Assembly: GCF_024223415.1 (NCBI RefSeq)
Contig: NZ_CP100500.1
Strand: one strand, 5' to 3'
Source: Escherichia coli
GTDB taxonomy: Bacteria > Pseudomonadota > Gammaproteobacteria > Enterobacterales > Enterobacteriaceae
DNA length: 64,000 nt
Every line of letters starts with the position of its first letter. Position 1 is the stretch's first letter. Under the pieces are notes generated by a model. That model made no database searches and had not been told where the DNA came from. It saw nothing but the letters and a program-made list of their open reading frames with translations. The position numbers and the translations under genes are program-made. Shown here one piece after another: positions 12,694-24,095 of the stretch.

Positions 12694-13278
12694 TTAACGG
12701 TAATCCAGCGTTACGTTAACGACAGCGTCTGCTTCCCCTGGGGTGATTTCTGATGCTTCAACGGTTGATACGTAGTAAGCGATGAGGTCAACATTAACAA
12801 CTCCAGCGGAGTCCGCAGGGATCTGATAAACCGTGTTATCATTGCCCATAGCATTTAGTGGCATAAGATTTCCGCTTTCCGCATCGTCAATACGGATACC
12901 CACACCTGTTGCTGCTGTGCCAGCAAAAGAGCCCACTTTTGCCAAGTTAGGGAAGTTAGGGACGGTACCATTATCCCGCGTTTCCAGCCATAAACGGAAA
13001 GACGCTTCAACGTTGCCGTTATCGTGCTCCCACCCAGTCACTGGGCAGTTAACTAAAGGAATAGTGAATGGAATTTTTGGGCTACGATCGCCTACAGAAC
13101 GAAACTGTTCGGCATTATAGTGACCAAGAGCAACTTCAATTTTCTTATCAGAGTCATTGATTTCACAAGCGGATTTTAAAATCTCGCCATCAAAAACTAT
13201 TTCACCATCGGTTGCAGCGGCATTACCTGCGAAAAGCGCAAGTAAGCCCGCAATAGCTGTTTTTGTAACTTTATTCAT
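12694..13278 (-). CDS. yraH: Fimbrial major subunit-like protein
   Basis: 194-aa ORF with signal peptide MNKVTKTAIAGLLALFAGNAAA; first gene of operon. Confidence 0.85.
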   Translation of the reverse strand: MNKVTKTAIAGLLALFAGNAAATDGEIVFDGEILKSACEINDSDKKIEVALGHYNAEQFRSVGDRSPKIPFTIPLVNCPVTGWEHDNGNVEASFRLWLETRDNGTVPNFPNLAKVGSFAGTAATGVGIRIDDAESGNLMPLNAMGNDNTVYQIPADSAGVVNVDLIAYYVSTVEASEITPGEADAVVNVTLDYR

Positions 13279-13678
13279 TTATAACTTTATCCTTGTAACA
13301 AGTACATAATCATATTTAATGTGAATATATGTTCAACATCTTTAAAGATTATACAGGTAGAAATATTTCATTGAACATTAAATAGACTAAACTTTAAGAT
13401 TATATTTATATGCAAATATTTGATATTTTCATTATATTGATATCAATTTTCTATGTATTCAAAAGAGTATAAGTGCATGACTTTGCTGCGCCAGGGGGCG
13501 AGTCAGAATACGAGATGGTTTATTAATAGAACAAGTTATATGTATATCTAAAATTAAATTGTTGAACATAACTCCTTTTTCTATTGGCGTTATGTTCAAC
13601 CCAGTCAAATGTTATTTAATATAATGCGTGACTGTTGAATAAGTTAATTTAAACATTTTGAGCAAATTTTTCATCTGG
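13279..13678. promoter_or_regulatory. AT-rich yraH upstream/promoter region with repeated ATGTTGAAC motifs
   Basis: About 400 bp of low-GC DNA; motif copies at 13327-13340, 13371-13378, 13561-13570, 13591-13600, 13631-13640. Confidence 0.5.
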
Positions 13679-14434
13679 TTAGGTATTAATTAAACAAATA
13701 AAGTTACTGTGCAGCCACAAAAACGAAGCCGGGATAGAGGTAGAGACTTTAGCCGTGAGAAAACGTTCTGTCGCATCCTGCTTTCCTTCGCCAGTCACCA
13801 GTAACAAAACCTCGCGGGCATTGAGAATATCCTTCAGGCCTAAGGTGATCCCACGAGTCACGGGGCGACCCGCGGTTTTTAACATCTCATGTTGCTGTGT
13901 TCTGGCATCAAGTTGACTGATATGGCAGGCCGGTTGCAGGTTTTCTCCCGGTTCGTTCAGCCCAAGATGACCGTTTTTCCCCAATCCGAGAACGCATAAA
14001 TCCAGACCGCCTTTGCGCGCAATCAGGTTCGTTACCCGTTCGCACTCTGTCTCATTTATCTCTTCGGAGCGAAAGCTGATGAGCTGGTCTTCACGTAGCC
14101 CCAGCGGCTGCACGATATGCTGTTGCAGGAAAGTTTCGCAGGTGCCAGGCATAGTTAATGGCAGATCCACCCATTCGTCGAGCTTGACGAAGGTCAGCAG
14201 GCTGACATCAACCTGCTGCTGGTGGATTTTTTCTACCAGATAATGATACGTCAGTAATGGCGTGGCTCCGGTCGCCAGGCAAATCACGGCATCCGGTTTG
14301 CTACGGATCACGGCCAATAAATATTCGCTGGCACGTTCACTTAACGCCGTATAGTTTTCAACTTGCTGAAGGGTTTGCACAGGATGAAATTCCTTAAGTA
14401 AAGAGGCACCGCCAGACGCAGTGCCTCGTTCCAT
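13679..14434 (-). CDS. agaI: Putative galactosamine-6-phosphate deaminase/isomerase (NagB-like)
   Basis: 251-aa ORF, last gene of agaS-kbaY-agaBCDI operon. Confidence 0.88.
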   Translation of the reverse strand: MERGTASGGASLLKEFHPVQTLQQVENYTALSERASEYLLAVIRSKPDAVICLATGATPLLTYHYLVEKIHQQQVDVSLLTFVKLDEWVDLPLTMPGTCETFLQQHIVQPLGLREDQLISFRSEEINETECERVTNLIARKGGLDLCVLGLGKNGHLGLNEPGENLQPACHISQLDARTQQHEMLKTAGRPVTRGITLGLKDILNAREVLLLVTGEGKQDATERFLTAKVSTSIPASFLWLHSNFICLINT

Positions 14435-15226
14435 TTACAAAATGCCGAATGCGGAACAAACAATAGAGAGCACAAAAGTCACGCCGATTAACAGCACCGG
14501 ATGCGCTTTTTTCACCCGCAGGAAGTAATACATCAGCAGGGTGTAGGCCATCGGTAAAATGTTCGGGAAGACTTTATCGAAGAAATCCTGTTGCAGCGCG
14601 ACGCTGTGGGTACTGTCGATGGCAAACGATGTCACCACGTTAATATGCACATACGAAGCGATCAGCCCGCCGATTACCGTGATCCCGAGGATGGTTGCCG
14701 AGCGAGCAATCATCTGCGAGTTCTCTCGCACTTTATCGATCGCCTTCACGCCGACTGAATAACCGACGTGGGTCCAGCCGACGCGCAGGAAAAAGATAAG
14801 CAGGTAAACGGCGAAAAATAGAATCGGCCCCAGCAGGTTTCCCTTGCTGGCAAATGATGAGCAAATTCCCGCCATAATCGGCAACAAAGTAAACCAGAAA
14901 ATCGCATCGCCAATCCCGGCGATTGGGCCAAACAGTGCCACTTTGAGGCCTTTAATGGTGTCGCGGTTTTCTCCTTTTTCTTCCATCGAAATTAATAACC
15001 CCATCAGGAATCCGACCAGATTCGGGTGGGTATTAATAAATTCGAGGTTATCTTTCATCGCTGCGCTTAGGCCCGGTTTGTCATCCTTATAAATCTTTTT
15101 CAGGATCGGCAACATCGCCCAGGTAAAACCGCCCGCTTGCATCCTTTCGTAGTTAAAGCTCGCTTGCAGCAGCGACGAACGAAAGCCCAGACGGGTGATA
15201 TCTTTTTTACTGATTTCAGATCCCAT
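14435..15226 (-). CDS. agaD: Galactosamine PTS EIID component
   Basis: ORF 14435..15373; start MGSEISKKDITRLGF gives 263 aa; paralogous to agaE. Confidence 0.85.
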   Translation of the reverse strand: MGSEISKKDITRLGFRSSLLQASFNYERMQAGGFTWAMLPILKKIYKDDKPGLSAAMKDNLEFINTHPNLVGFLMGLLISMEEKGENRDTIKGLKVALFGPIAGIGDAIFWFTLLPIMAGICSSFASKGNLLGPILFFAVYLLIFFLRVGWTHVGYSVGVKAIDKVRENSQMIARSATILGITVIGGLIASYVHINVVTSFAIDSTHSVALQQDFFDKVFPNILPMAYTLLMYYFLRVKKAHPVLLIGVTFVLSIVCSAFGIL

Positions 15227-16019
15227 TGCTGTAGTCCTCTTCTTCATTTTTACTGGCAACGGGCTGCGGTTGCGCTTGCTGCCGGGATTTCGCATTGAAA
15301 AACTCATACACCGCAAAGCCTGCGCCCAGTACGGCAACCGGCAACAGGTTGCTGACCTGGATGTAGCAAACAAACAGGAAGCCGGCGATCAGGTAAGGGA
15401 TATATTGTGCTTTGAACATCACGCGCAGCAGCAAGCCAAAACCAACGGCAGGCAGAATACCGCCAGCCACTTCAAAGCCGTGGGTCAGCCAAGCGGGCAT
15501 CGCTTTCACCAGCGCCTGCATCGCCCCTTGTGCCAGGTAAGTACAGAGGAAAGCAATCACCGCATACGCTGAAGCGACGATGAGCATCGTTGTCCAGTTA
15601 AGTCGGGAAAACGCTGCCGTATCCGCCTCTTTCGCGCATTTATCGGCTTTGGTCATAAATAATGAGAAAGCAGAATAGAAGAACAGAATGACGTACTGCA
15701 TTAACAAACTAAACGGCAGGCCAAGACCAATTGCCGTTTTGGCATCAACGCCCGTAGACCATGCAATGACGGTGGTCATCAGACCCGCCATAATCGGGTT
15801 GGGCGGCTGAACACCACCTGCAGGGGTTAATCCGGCGAAAGCCAACTCTGTCAGACCACCGGTAATTAAGCCAGTCTGAATATCACCGAGAATAGCGCCA
15901 GTTAGGGTACAAACGATTATCGGGCGGAATAAAAATAAGGCTTCCAGCCAAAAATCAATCCCCAGAACGAAAACTAACGCCGCCAGGGATAATCCCTGAA
16001 GTAGGGTTATTTCATGCAT
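15216..16019 (-). CDS. agaC: Galactosamine PTS EIIC component
   Basis: 267-aa membrane ORF, paralogous to agaW. Confidence 0.88.
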   Translation of the reverse strand: MHEITLLQGLSLAALVFVLGIDFWLEALFLFRPIIVCTLTGAILGDIQTGLITGGLTELAFAGLTPAGGVQPPNPIMAGLMTTVIAWSTGVDAKTAIGLGLPFSLLMQYVILFFYSAFSLFMTKADKCAKEADTAAFSRLNWTTMLIVASAYAVIAFLCTYLAQGAMQALVKAMPAWLTHGFEVAGGILPAVGFGLLLRVMFKAQYIPYLIAGFLFVCYIQVSNLLPVAVLGAGFAVYEFFNAKSRQQAQPQPVASKNEEEDYSNGI

Positions 16020-16057
16020 TTTTATTACCTCAAACCAATATTAAGGCGATTTTAGAT

Positions 16058-16534
16058 TTAGTCAGGGATTTGTTCTTTTTGATCGCCAGGGACGTCCTGA
16101 ATGAAAACATTCACGCCACGTTGTTTAATAAAACGTAAGTCCGTGAGATCCTGGTCATCGACATAAACTTTACTGCTGATTTGCTTTTTCCCTTCCGAGA
16201 AATGCATATTGCCGACGTTGACATCTTTCAGGTCAATGCCACCTTCTACCAATTTACGTACCGTTTGTGGCGTACGGCAAATCAGGAAGATCTTCTGATG
16301 CGGTGCAGCTTTGCCGATGACGTTAATGGTTTTTTCGATAGTAAAGAAACGAATGCCAAAGCCGTAGGTTTCTGCGGTAATACCCATTAATTTCTGTTGA
16401 ATATCATCGTTAGCGACAACATCATCCACGACTACCAGCAGATTCGCACCGATGGTGGATGTCCAGGTCACGCCAACCTGACCGTGAACCAGACGGTTAT
16501 CAATACGGGTTAAGAGAATATTTGGACTGCTCAT
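16058..16534 (-). CDS. agaB: Galactosamine PTS EIIB component
   Basis: 158-aa ORF MSSPNILLTRIDNRLVHGQVG… mannose-family EIIB. Confidence 0.9.
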   Translation of the reverse strand: MSSPNILLTRIDNRLVHGQVGVTWTSTIGANLLVVVDDVVANDDIQQKLMGITAETYGFGIRFFTIEKTINVIGKAAPHQKIFLICRTPQTVRKLVEGGIDLKDVNVGNMHFSEGKKQISSKVYVDDQDLTDLRFIKQRGVNVFIQDVPGDQKEQIPD

Positions 16535-16700
16535 TGTGTAATCCTCACCATAAAGTTGAATAATATAATTTTTTTAAATATATTATTGTTGCGATATTGT
16601 ACTGATGTATTTATTAAGGTTTAGTCATCTCCTTTTCCATTAAGGCACTCCCCGATATTAATCGGGAAGTACATTGGGATAAATCATAAAAAACTAATGA

Positions 16701-17573
<873 letters not shown>

Positions 17574-18728
17574 TTATGCCTGCCACGGATGAATGATTAC
17601 GCCTTGCACCACGCGGTTAACGGTGCCACTGGCTGATGGGGTATCCGGCGTATTGCCCATGTGCAGCGACTGCATCAGTGCAAACGTCTGGGCGTACATC
17701 AGGAAGCAAAATGCCTGCTCAACGTCGATAAAGTGACGTGACGGTGGCAGGATGATATGTGGACCGGCAGCGACGATGTCGCTGCTTTCCGCGGCGATGG
17801 CGATTACACGCATTGCCTGGTTGTCACGGCGAAGTTCAGCCAGCAGATCAAGATCATACTGACGGGTGTAAGGGTGGCTGGAGACAAATACCACCACCAG
17901 CGTTTCGTCATCGACCAGCGATTTTGGTCCATGACGGAATCCGGTTGGAGAATCATAAAAGGCCGCCAGTTTACCCGCCGTCAGTTCCAGCACTTTCAGC
18001 GCCGACTCGCGTGCTGCGCCCTGTAAGCCACCGCTGCCGAGATAAACGATCCGTTTCCACGGTGCGTAACCAAACACACCTTCGCTGAAATCGCCCAGTG
18101 AGGTCAGGATCGCCTGGCAACGATCCGCCACGTCGCGGAAGGTTTGGCTGTTGATCGTCTCAGGTGCGAAAACCGCGAGGCAGCTGGCCATCATGGTGGT
18201 AATGCTGCTGGTCATCGCAAAGCCGCGATCGTGCGTTTCTGCGGGCATCAGCACGGCAAACGCGTTATCGCTATTGATCGCGTTTTGGTAAAGAGCGCCC
18301 GCTTCGTTGCAGGTGATCGGCAGGTGATAGCATTCAGGTACAAATTGATTTGCCAGTTCCACGGCTGCGACGCTTTCCGGGCTGTTGCCGGATCGACCGA
18401 AGGAGATCAACAGCAGCGGATGGGCTGGGTTCAGGTAGTCCATCGGATTAGTGACCAGATCGGTGGTCGGTACGGCGCTGAAGTTTTTACCGGTATGGCT
18501 GGCGAGCCACGGCGCGATGATGTCACCGATAAATGCCGAGGTTCCGGCTCCGGTCAGGATGATCCGCAGATTCTCTTTGCGCAGTAACGGTTCAAGGAAG
18601 TTATTGAGCGCGGAACGTAGCGCGTCGATGTTGGTGAGTGAACGGATCCATGCGCGAGGCTGTTGGCGGATCTCTTCTTCAGTCCATGTTCCGGTTGCGG
18701 CGGCAGCAGGGGTGTAATTTTCTGGCAT
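17574..18728 (-). CDS. agaS: SIS-domain sugar-phosphate isomerase/deaminase AgaS
   Basis: 384-aa ORF, first gene of agaS operon. Confidence 0.9.
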   Translation of the reverse strand: MPENYTPAAAATGTWTEEEIRQQPRAWIRSLTNIDALRSALNNFLEPLLRKENLRIILTGAGTSAFIGDIIAPWLASHTGKNFSAVPTTDLVTNPMDYLNPAHPLLLISFGRSGNSPESVAAVELANQFVPECYHLPITCNEAGALYQNAINSDNAFAVLMPAETHDRGFAMTSSITTMMASCLAVFAPETINSQTFRDVADRCQAILTSLGDFSEGVFGYAPWKRIVYLGSGGLQGAARESALKVLELTAGKLAAFYDSPTGFRHGPKSLVDDETLVVVFVSSHPYTRQYDLDLLAELRRDNQAMRVIAIAAESSDIVAAGPHIILPPSRHFIDVEQAFCFLMYAQTFALMQSLHMGNTPDTPSASGTVNRVVQGVIIHPWQA

Positions 18729-18920
18729 AACTCAATCCTTAGTCTGATGAACTTGACGTCGGGCGTTGTCGCTTTCACTTGCCTTTCGTTTCATTTCACT
18801 TGGTGATGTCTTTCGTTGATTAAAATCTATAGAAAAGAAACTGAAAGTTCAATGGAGAAAAAAGAAATAAAACGAAATTTGTGATCGTTGAAAGAAAAGA
18901 CAAGGGAAGATTAAAGAATT
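18729..18920 (-). promoter_or_regulatory. agaS promoter region with AgaR operator-like CTTTCGTTT repeats
   Basis: Repeated CTTTCACTT / CTTTCGTTTCATTTC / AAACGAAAT motifs upstream of agaS. Confidence 0.6.
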
Positions 18921-18924
18921 GCGT

Positions 18925-19015
18925 AATGACGTCGCTATGTTCACCGATTGCCGGATGCGGCGTACCGTAGGTCAGATAAGACGCGTTAGCGTTGCATCCG
19001 ACACCGCTGCACAGA
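18925..19015. repeat. REP element
   Basis: GCCGGATGCGGCGTACCGTAGGTCAGATAAGACGCG…GCATCCGACA palindromic unit. Confidence 0.75.
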
Positions 19016-19078
19016 TCAAAACGAAAGAAAAAGAAAGGCCTTACGGGGGAAGTGAAGGCCCAATAATGGAGCAAACCA

Positions 19079-20212
19079 TCAAAACGAAGCTAATTGACCC
19101 TGAATCCAGATTTGTTGCACATGCAGCCCGCTATCCAGCGCAACGACGCTGGCGCGTTTGCCCGGTTTAAGCGATCCCAGAACACCATCAACACCCAGCA
19201 TTCGCGCCGGATGCAGCGATGCCATATGAATGGCTTCCGCAGGCGTTACGCCCGTCAACTCGACCATATTGCGCACTGCCGCATCAACAGACAGCGTACT
19301 GCCCGCCAGCCCACCGGACGCGGTACGGACAACGCCACCGTGCATCTGCACTTCTTCGCCACATAACGTATAGCGACCATCCGGCATCCCGGCTGCCTGC
19401 ATCGCGTCGGTGATCAGTACGATTCTCTCTTTCGCACAGCAACAACACAGCGACATTGCCGCCGGATGCACATGATGACCATCGGCTATCAGTTCCAGCC
19501 AGGCGCGCTTGTCCGTTAATCCCGCGCCAACCATTCCCGGTTCGCGGTGATGTAAACCTGTCATCCCGTTATAGCAATGCACCAGGCCGTCGGCACCAGC
19601 ATCAAACGCGGCGCGAGTTTGTTGCCAGGTCGCCGCGCTATGCCCCAGCATCACTCGTACATTTTGCTGTTTAAGATGGCGGATGGCCTGCAATGCCCCC
19701 TCTTTTTCCGGTGCCAGCGCTACCACGCGTAAGGTGTGCTGAGAAACGGCAATCAATTGATCCAGCTCGGCAATTTCCAGCTCGCGAAACAACTCCGGCG
19801 GATGCGCGCCTTTATTCTGCGGCGTGAAGTACGGTCCTTCGAGATAACTCCCCAGCACTTGCGCACCAGGTCCGCCGCGTTGGCAACGTTGAGCAATACG
19901 TTTCAGCGCCGCATGAATGGTATTAAGCGGCGCGGTTACGGTGGTCGGTAACCAACTGCCGACACCTTCGCGTGCCTTGTGCATTGCCAGCTTGTCGAGT
20001 ACATCCGGCGCGTCATCCATTACATCAACGCCCGCACCACCGTGTACATGGGTGTCGATGTAAGCAGGGCAGAGCAGTTCCGCATCGCGTTCAGTCACGC
20101 CCACTGGAATCGGTTCGATTGCTGCGATGACACCGTCAGCAATACGCAACTGATGGTCATCGAGCCATCCCTCTTCAGTCAGCAGCCTTCTGGCGCGCAG
20201 AACGTGTGTCAT
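19079..20212 (-). CDS. agaA: N-acetylgalactosamine-6-phosphate deacetylase, full length
   Basis: ORF 19079..20233; start MTHVLRARRLL gives 377 aa; truncated in K-12 but intact here. Confidence 0.88.
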   Translation of the reverse strand: MTHVLRARRLLTEEGWLDDHQLRIADGVIAAIEPIPVGVTERDAELLCPAYIDTHVHGGAGVDVMDDAPDVLDKLAMHKAREGVGSWLPTTVTAPLNTIHAALKRIAQRCQRGGPGAQVLGSYLEGPYFTPQNKGAHPPELFRELEIAELDQLIAVSQHTLRVVALAPEKEGALQAIRHLKQQNVRVMLGHSAATWQQTRAAFDAGADGLVHCYNGMTGLHHREPGMVGAGLTDKRAWLELIADGHHVHPAAMSLCCCCAKERIVLITDAMQAAGMPDGRYTLCGEEVQMHGGVVRTASGGLAGSTLSVDAAVRNMVELTGVTPAEAIHMASLHPARMLGVDGVLGSLKPGKRASVVALDSGLHVQQIWIQGQLASF

Positions 20213-20643
20213 ATCCCTTCCTCGACCGGACATTCTTCATGGCAGCGGCCTAACTCGTCCACCAGACTGGTCAGCCCACGATGTCCACACTCCAGCGCCT
20301 GTACACGGAATTCTTCACCGCTTAACCCTTCGCGCTCCAGAACCATCTCCAGTAGCAGTTGCAAATTGGTGCCGGTGATCACTTCACAGCCCGGTTTTTG
20401 CATCGCCAGCGTTGAAGCTACGCGAAACGGCGTGCCGCCCAGCAAATCCGTCAGAAAAACAATGCCGTCTTCACAATCCAGTTGGGCGATGGCCTCTTCA
20501 AGCTGCGATGTAAGCAGCGCGGTGCTTGAGGTTTCCGGAAAATCGATGGCGATAAACTGCGATTGCTCACCGAGAATTTGCTTCATTGCTTTTTCCATGC
20601 CGCTGGCAAACCCGCCATGCCCTGTCAAAATAATACTTAACAT
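20209..20643 (-). CDS. agaF: N-acetylgalactosamine PTS EIIA component
   Basis: 144-aa mannose-family EIIA ORF; gene absent from K-12. Confidence 0.88.
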   Translation of the reverse strand: MLSIILTGHGGFASGMEKAMKQILGEQSQFIAIDFPETSSTALLTSQLEEAIAQLDCEDGIVFLTDLLGGTPFRVASTLAMQKPGCEVITGTNLQLLLEMVLEREGLSGEEFRVQALECGHRGLTSLVDELGRCHEECPVEEGI

Positions 20644-20660
20644 CTAATACCTCATTGTAT

Positions 20661-21545
20661 TTAAAGGAAATGGCAGAATTTACCGACGATGCCGAGAACC
20701 ACGGTAACTGCAATCAGACGCAGCGGACTCCAGCCGCGGCGTACCAACCAAAACATGGTCAGGGTATAGACCAGCGGTAAGAAGGCAGGCATCAGTTTGT
20801 CAATAACATCAGCCTGTAACTTAACCACTGCGTCGCCCGCTGTGATTTCCAGCGTGGTGCTTAAACGAACATAGGTTGCCACCAGCGCACCGATTACCGT
20901 CATCCCAACGATAGACGCAGCATGGCCGACTTTTTTGGTATTCGCTTTAATGAGTGGAATCGCCGCCACGCCCATGCGGTAAGCATAATGCGCCAGACCA
21001 AAACGCAGCCCCAGGTGTACCACGTTGAACAGCACAATAAAGACGACTGCGCCAAGAATGGAGCCTTGCAATGCCAGACTGGCTCCAATCCCGCCACAAA
21101 TCGGCAGTAGCGTTAGCCAGAACATTGCATCGCCAATCCCGCCGAGCGGCGCACCGACGGCAATTTTGGTGCTCTGAATACTGTTAACGTCCTGCTTAGA
21201 ACGCTCCATCGCAAGGATAATGCCGATAACAAATGTCACCAGAAACGGATGGGTATTGAAGAAACCCATATGCCCCTTCATGGCGCGCGCCAGGTCGCGT
21301 TTATTAGTGTGGATCTTTTTCAGAGCAGGCAGCAGACCGTACAACCAGCCGGAAGCCTGCATACGTTCGTAGTTAAAAGACGCTTGTAACAGCATGGAAC
21401 GCCAGGCGACGCGATTGATATCTTTTTTCGTCAGCTCCGCGCCAATGCTCTGATCTTCATACACGTTTTCATTGACGCCAGTCAGCAATGTTTCTTCGTT
21501 TTCACTGACGTTCGGCAGGGTGGTTTGATTAGATGCCATCTTCAA
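20661..21545 (-). CDS. agaE: N-acetylgalactosamine PTS EIID component
   Basis: 294-aa ORF paralogous to agaD; exact start uncertain. Confidence 0.85.
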   Translation of the reverse strand: MKMASNQTTLPNVSENEETLLTGVNENVYEDQSIGAELTKKDINRVAWRSMLLQASFNYERMQASGWLYGLLPALKKIHTNKRDLARAMKGHMGFFNTHPFLVTFVIGIILAMERSKQDVNSIQSTKIAVGAPLGGIGDAMFWLTLLPICGGIGASLALQGSILGAVVFIVLFNVVHLGLRFGLAHYAYRMGVAAIPLIKANTKKVGHAASIVGMTVIGALVATYVRLSTTLEITAGDAVVKLQADVIDKLMPAFLPLVYTLTMFWLVRRGWSPLRLIAVTVVLGIVGKFCHFL

Positions 21546-22308
21546 ATTCCTCTTTCTGTGCCGCAGGTTGAGTCGGTTCAGGAGATTTACGCAGCAGATC
21601 GATCAGCGCCATCGCCAGCGCGGCGGCAGCAATAGCCAGCACCGGTAACTTGAGCCAGGCGGCGGCAACAAAGCCCAGGATGAAGTAGGGGATGTAGACG
21701 TTTTTCATCATGATTTTCAGCAGCACGGCAAAACCGATTGCTGGCATGATGCCGCCCGCGACGCCGAGGCCGTCGATTAATCGTTGCGGCAGGACATCAA
21801 TGATGGTTTTTGCATGTTCCGCGCCGAAGTAGATAGGCAGGAAAGCGCAGAGAAAATAGAAAGTGCCGAGTGCCAGCAGTGCCAGATAGTTTACGCGTTC
21901 AATGCCGCGAGTATCGGCGTTCTCCGCCATCCGGTCGCAGCGAGACATCACGCCAGACATCACCGAGAACAGGAAGGTAATCCCCATCTGTACTGCGACA
22001 GCGAAAGGTACGGCGACACCGACTGCGACATCGGGTTTCACGCCAGTAGTAATGGCAAACGCCGTGCCGACGATAGTACCGATAATCACGTTAGGCGGCT
22101 GTGCGCCCGCCAGCGGGGCCAGCCCCATCCACACCAGTTCCAGCGTACCGCCGGTTAAAATACCGGTATGCAGATCGCCAAGTACCAGCCCGACCAACGG
22201 GCCGAGGACCACCGGGCGGTGCATATGGGTTAAGCCGTTAAACATATCCAGGCCAGCGATAAAGGCGATAATGCCCAACGCGAATGCCTGCAACAGACTG
22301 ATTTCCAT
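21529..22308 (-). CDS. agaW: N-acetylgalactosamine PTS EIIC component, full length
   Basis: 259-aa ORF paralogous to agaC. Confidence 0.88.
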   Translation of the reverse strand: MEISLLQAFALGIIAFIAGLDMFNGLTHMHRPVVLGPLVGLVLGDLHTGILTGGTLELVWMGLAPLAGAQPPNVIIGTIVGTAFAITTGVKPDVAVGVAVPFAVAVQMGITFLFSVMSGVMSRCDRMAENADTRGIERVNYLALLALGTFYFLCAFLPIYFGAEHAKTIIDVLPQRLIDGLGVAGGIMPAIGFAVLLKIMMKNVYIPYFILGFVAAAWLKLPVLAIAAAALAMALIDLLRKSPEPTQPAAQKEEFEDGI

Positions 22309-22318
22309 GATGAATCCC

Positions 22319-22792
22319 TCAAAGTAATTTAAAGAGGTCCACAGCAGGCTCTGTCGGGACGCCCTGAACGAAGCATCCCACCCCAGCGGCTTTCAGGTCG
22401 TTAAATGCTGCGATATCGCCCGCATCCACAGAAACCGTTTTGGCGATTTGTTGCTTGCCATTGGCGTAGTGCATATTGCCAACGTTAATGCGATTCACCG
22501 GAACGCCTCCTTTCACCAGCGTCAGGAAATCGGCGGGTGTTTTACAAACCAGCAGGATTTTCTGTCGATCGGCGGCACGATGAATGTTGTCGATAACTTT
22601 TTGCAGCGTCCAGAAACGTACGGCGATCCCTTCTGCCAGTACCATTTCCATCAGGTTTTGTTGTACCGGATCTTCGGCAACCTCATCGTTGGCTACCAGC
22701 ACCAGATTTGCCCCCGCAAATCCGACCCACTGAACGCCGACCTGACCGTGAATCAAGCGTTCATCAATCCGGCTTAAAACAATATTTGGCAT
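22319..22792 (-). CDS. agaV: N-acetylgalactosamine PTS EIIB component
   Basis: ORF 22319..22828; start MPNIVLSRIDERLIHGQVG gives 157 aa. Confidence 0.88.
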   Translation of the reverse strand: MPNIVLSRIDERLIHGQVGVQWVGFAGANLVLVANDEVAEDPVQQNLMEMVLAEGIAVRFWTLQKVIDNIHRAADRQKILLVCKTPADFLTLVKGGVPVNRINVGNMHYANGKQQIAKTVSVDAGDIAAFNDLKAAGVGCFVQGVPTEPAVDLFKLL

Positions 22793-22814
22793 AGCGTGTT
22801 CCTCTTTGTTTTGC

Positions 22815-24095
22815 TTATTGGCCTTCACAGGCTGTGTGGTACTGCGCCAGGATGTCCTGAATATGGTTGATAATGAGTTCCCGTGGCGTCGGTTGCAGCT
22901 CGCCGGAGCGAACTTTCACGTACTGCAGCGGCAGATACTGGCTGATCAGCGGCAGCGGAATTGGTGAATCCGCCAGATTACGAACCAGATGAGCGAAAGC
23001 GTCATCAATCTGGCTGTCCGGCCAGTAATAGCGCACGCGATCCGAGTAGCTATAACCACGCGCCAGACGACGCGCGTTGCCGTCACCGTGGTAGTGGCTT
23101 TGCCAGTATTCCGGGCGGTCGAGCATCACGTTTTCCAGCACCTGACGCAGACCAGAACAGGCTTTTGCTGGCACCAGTTCTTCTTCAATCGCTGCCAGAG
23201 AGAACAGAGCTTCACGCAGGGCGAAGGTCAGCGCCGGGCCAACTTTCAGAATGGCAAAGTGGTCAATCACCAGCTGGCGCAGCGATTGCGGCGTTTGATA
23301 ATCGGTAGAGTGCGCTTCGAAAATCAGCGTTTCGTAGTTTTCGACCATCTGGCTTAAGGCGGTCGCTTTGGCGGGCTGATAATCAATAACGTTGGTGTGA
23401 TCGAATTCGACGCCGGGTTGAACCACCAGGGCAATGATGCGTGGCCAGATGGCATTCAGACCCTGCTTTTCAAAGGCGTGACGATGGGCTTCCAGCGTGG
23501 CGCGGGCGGCATCCGGCGTGGTGACCGCCAGCTCGCTTAAGGTTTCATGCGCGCCGCCAGGTACCGGCACTTCGGTACCAATGACATACTCCAGATCGGC
23601 TTCGCCAAAGTGTTCAAGACTGGTTTCTTCCGCCACTTTCGCCAGACGGGCGGCGCGTTCAGCCACGATGTCATCAGTTAAGGGAATCGGATCGTCCTGA
23701 CACGACATGCTGCAATCAAGGTGAATTTTTTTGAATCCCGCCGCGACGTAGCTTTTAATCAAATCATCGGCATTGGCCATTGCCTGAGCGGCCGGCAGGT
23801 TTTGCCAGCGGTTTGGCCCCAGATGGTCACCACCCAGAATCAACGCATCCTGCGGGAAATTCAACGAGTCGGCGAGCTGACAAACAAAGCCGCGAAAATC
23901 GGCGGGCGTCATTCCGGTATAACCGCCGAACTGGTCTACCTGATTGGAGGTTGCTTCAATCAGTAACGGCGTTTGATTTGCACTGGCGTAGCGGATTGCA
24001 GCCTCCAGCACCAGCGGATGTGCGGAACAAACGGCATAAATTCCATTTGTTTTGCCCGCTTTGTGCTGTCTCACCATTTCTGTCAGATGTTTCAC
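22815..24095 (-). CDS. kbaZ: Tagatose-bisphosphate aldolase non-catalytic subunit
   Basis: 426-aa ORF, first gene of kbaZ-agaVWEFA operon. Confidence 0.9.
   Translation of the reverse strand: MKHLTEMVRQHKAGKTNGIYAVCSAHPLVLEAAIRYASANQTPLLIEATSNQVDQFGGYTGMTPADFRGFVCQLADSLNFPQDALILGGDHLGPNRWQNLPAAQAMANADDLIKSYVAAGFKKIHLDCSMSCQDDPIPLTDDIVAERAARLAKVAEETSLEHFGEADLEYVIGTEVPVPGGAHETLSELAVTTPDAARATLEAHRHAFEKQGLNAIWPRIIALVVQPGVEFDHTNVIDYQPAKATALSQMVENYETLIFEAHSTDYQTPQSLRQLVIDHFAILKVGPALTFALREALFSLAAIEEELVPAKACSGLRQVLENVMLDRPEYWQSHYHGDGNARRLARGYSYSDRVRYYWPDSQIDDAFAHLVRNLADSPIPLPLISQYLPLQYVKVRSGELQPTPRELIINHIQDILAQYHTACEGQ

Noticed and set aside
19979-20647. 222-aa plus-strand ORF
   Set aside because: Lies entirely antisense to agaA and agaF, which are confidently recognised; Ser/Arg/Cys-rich translation typical of a spurious antisense frame.
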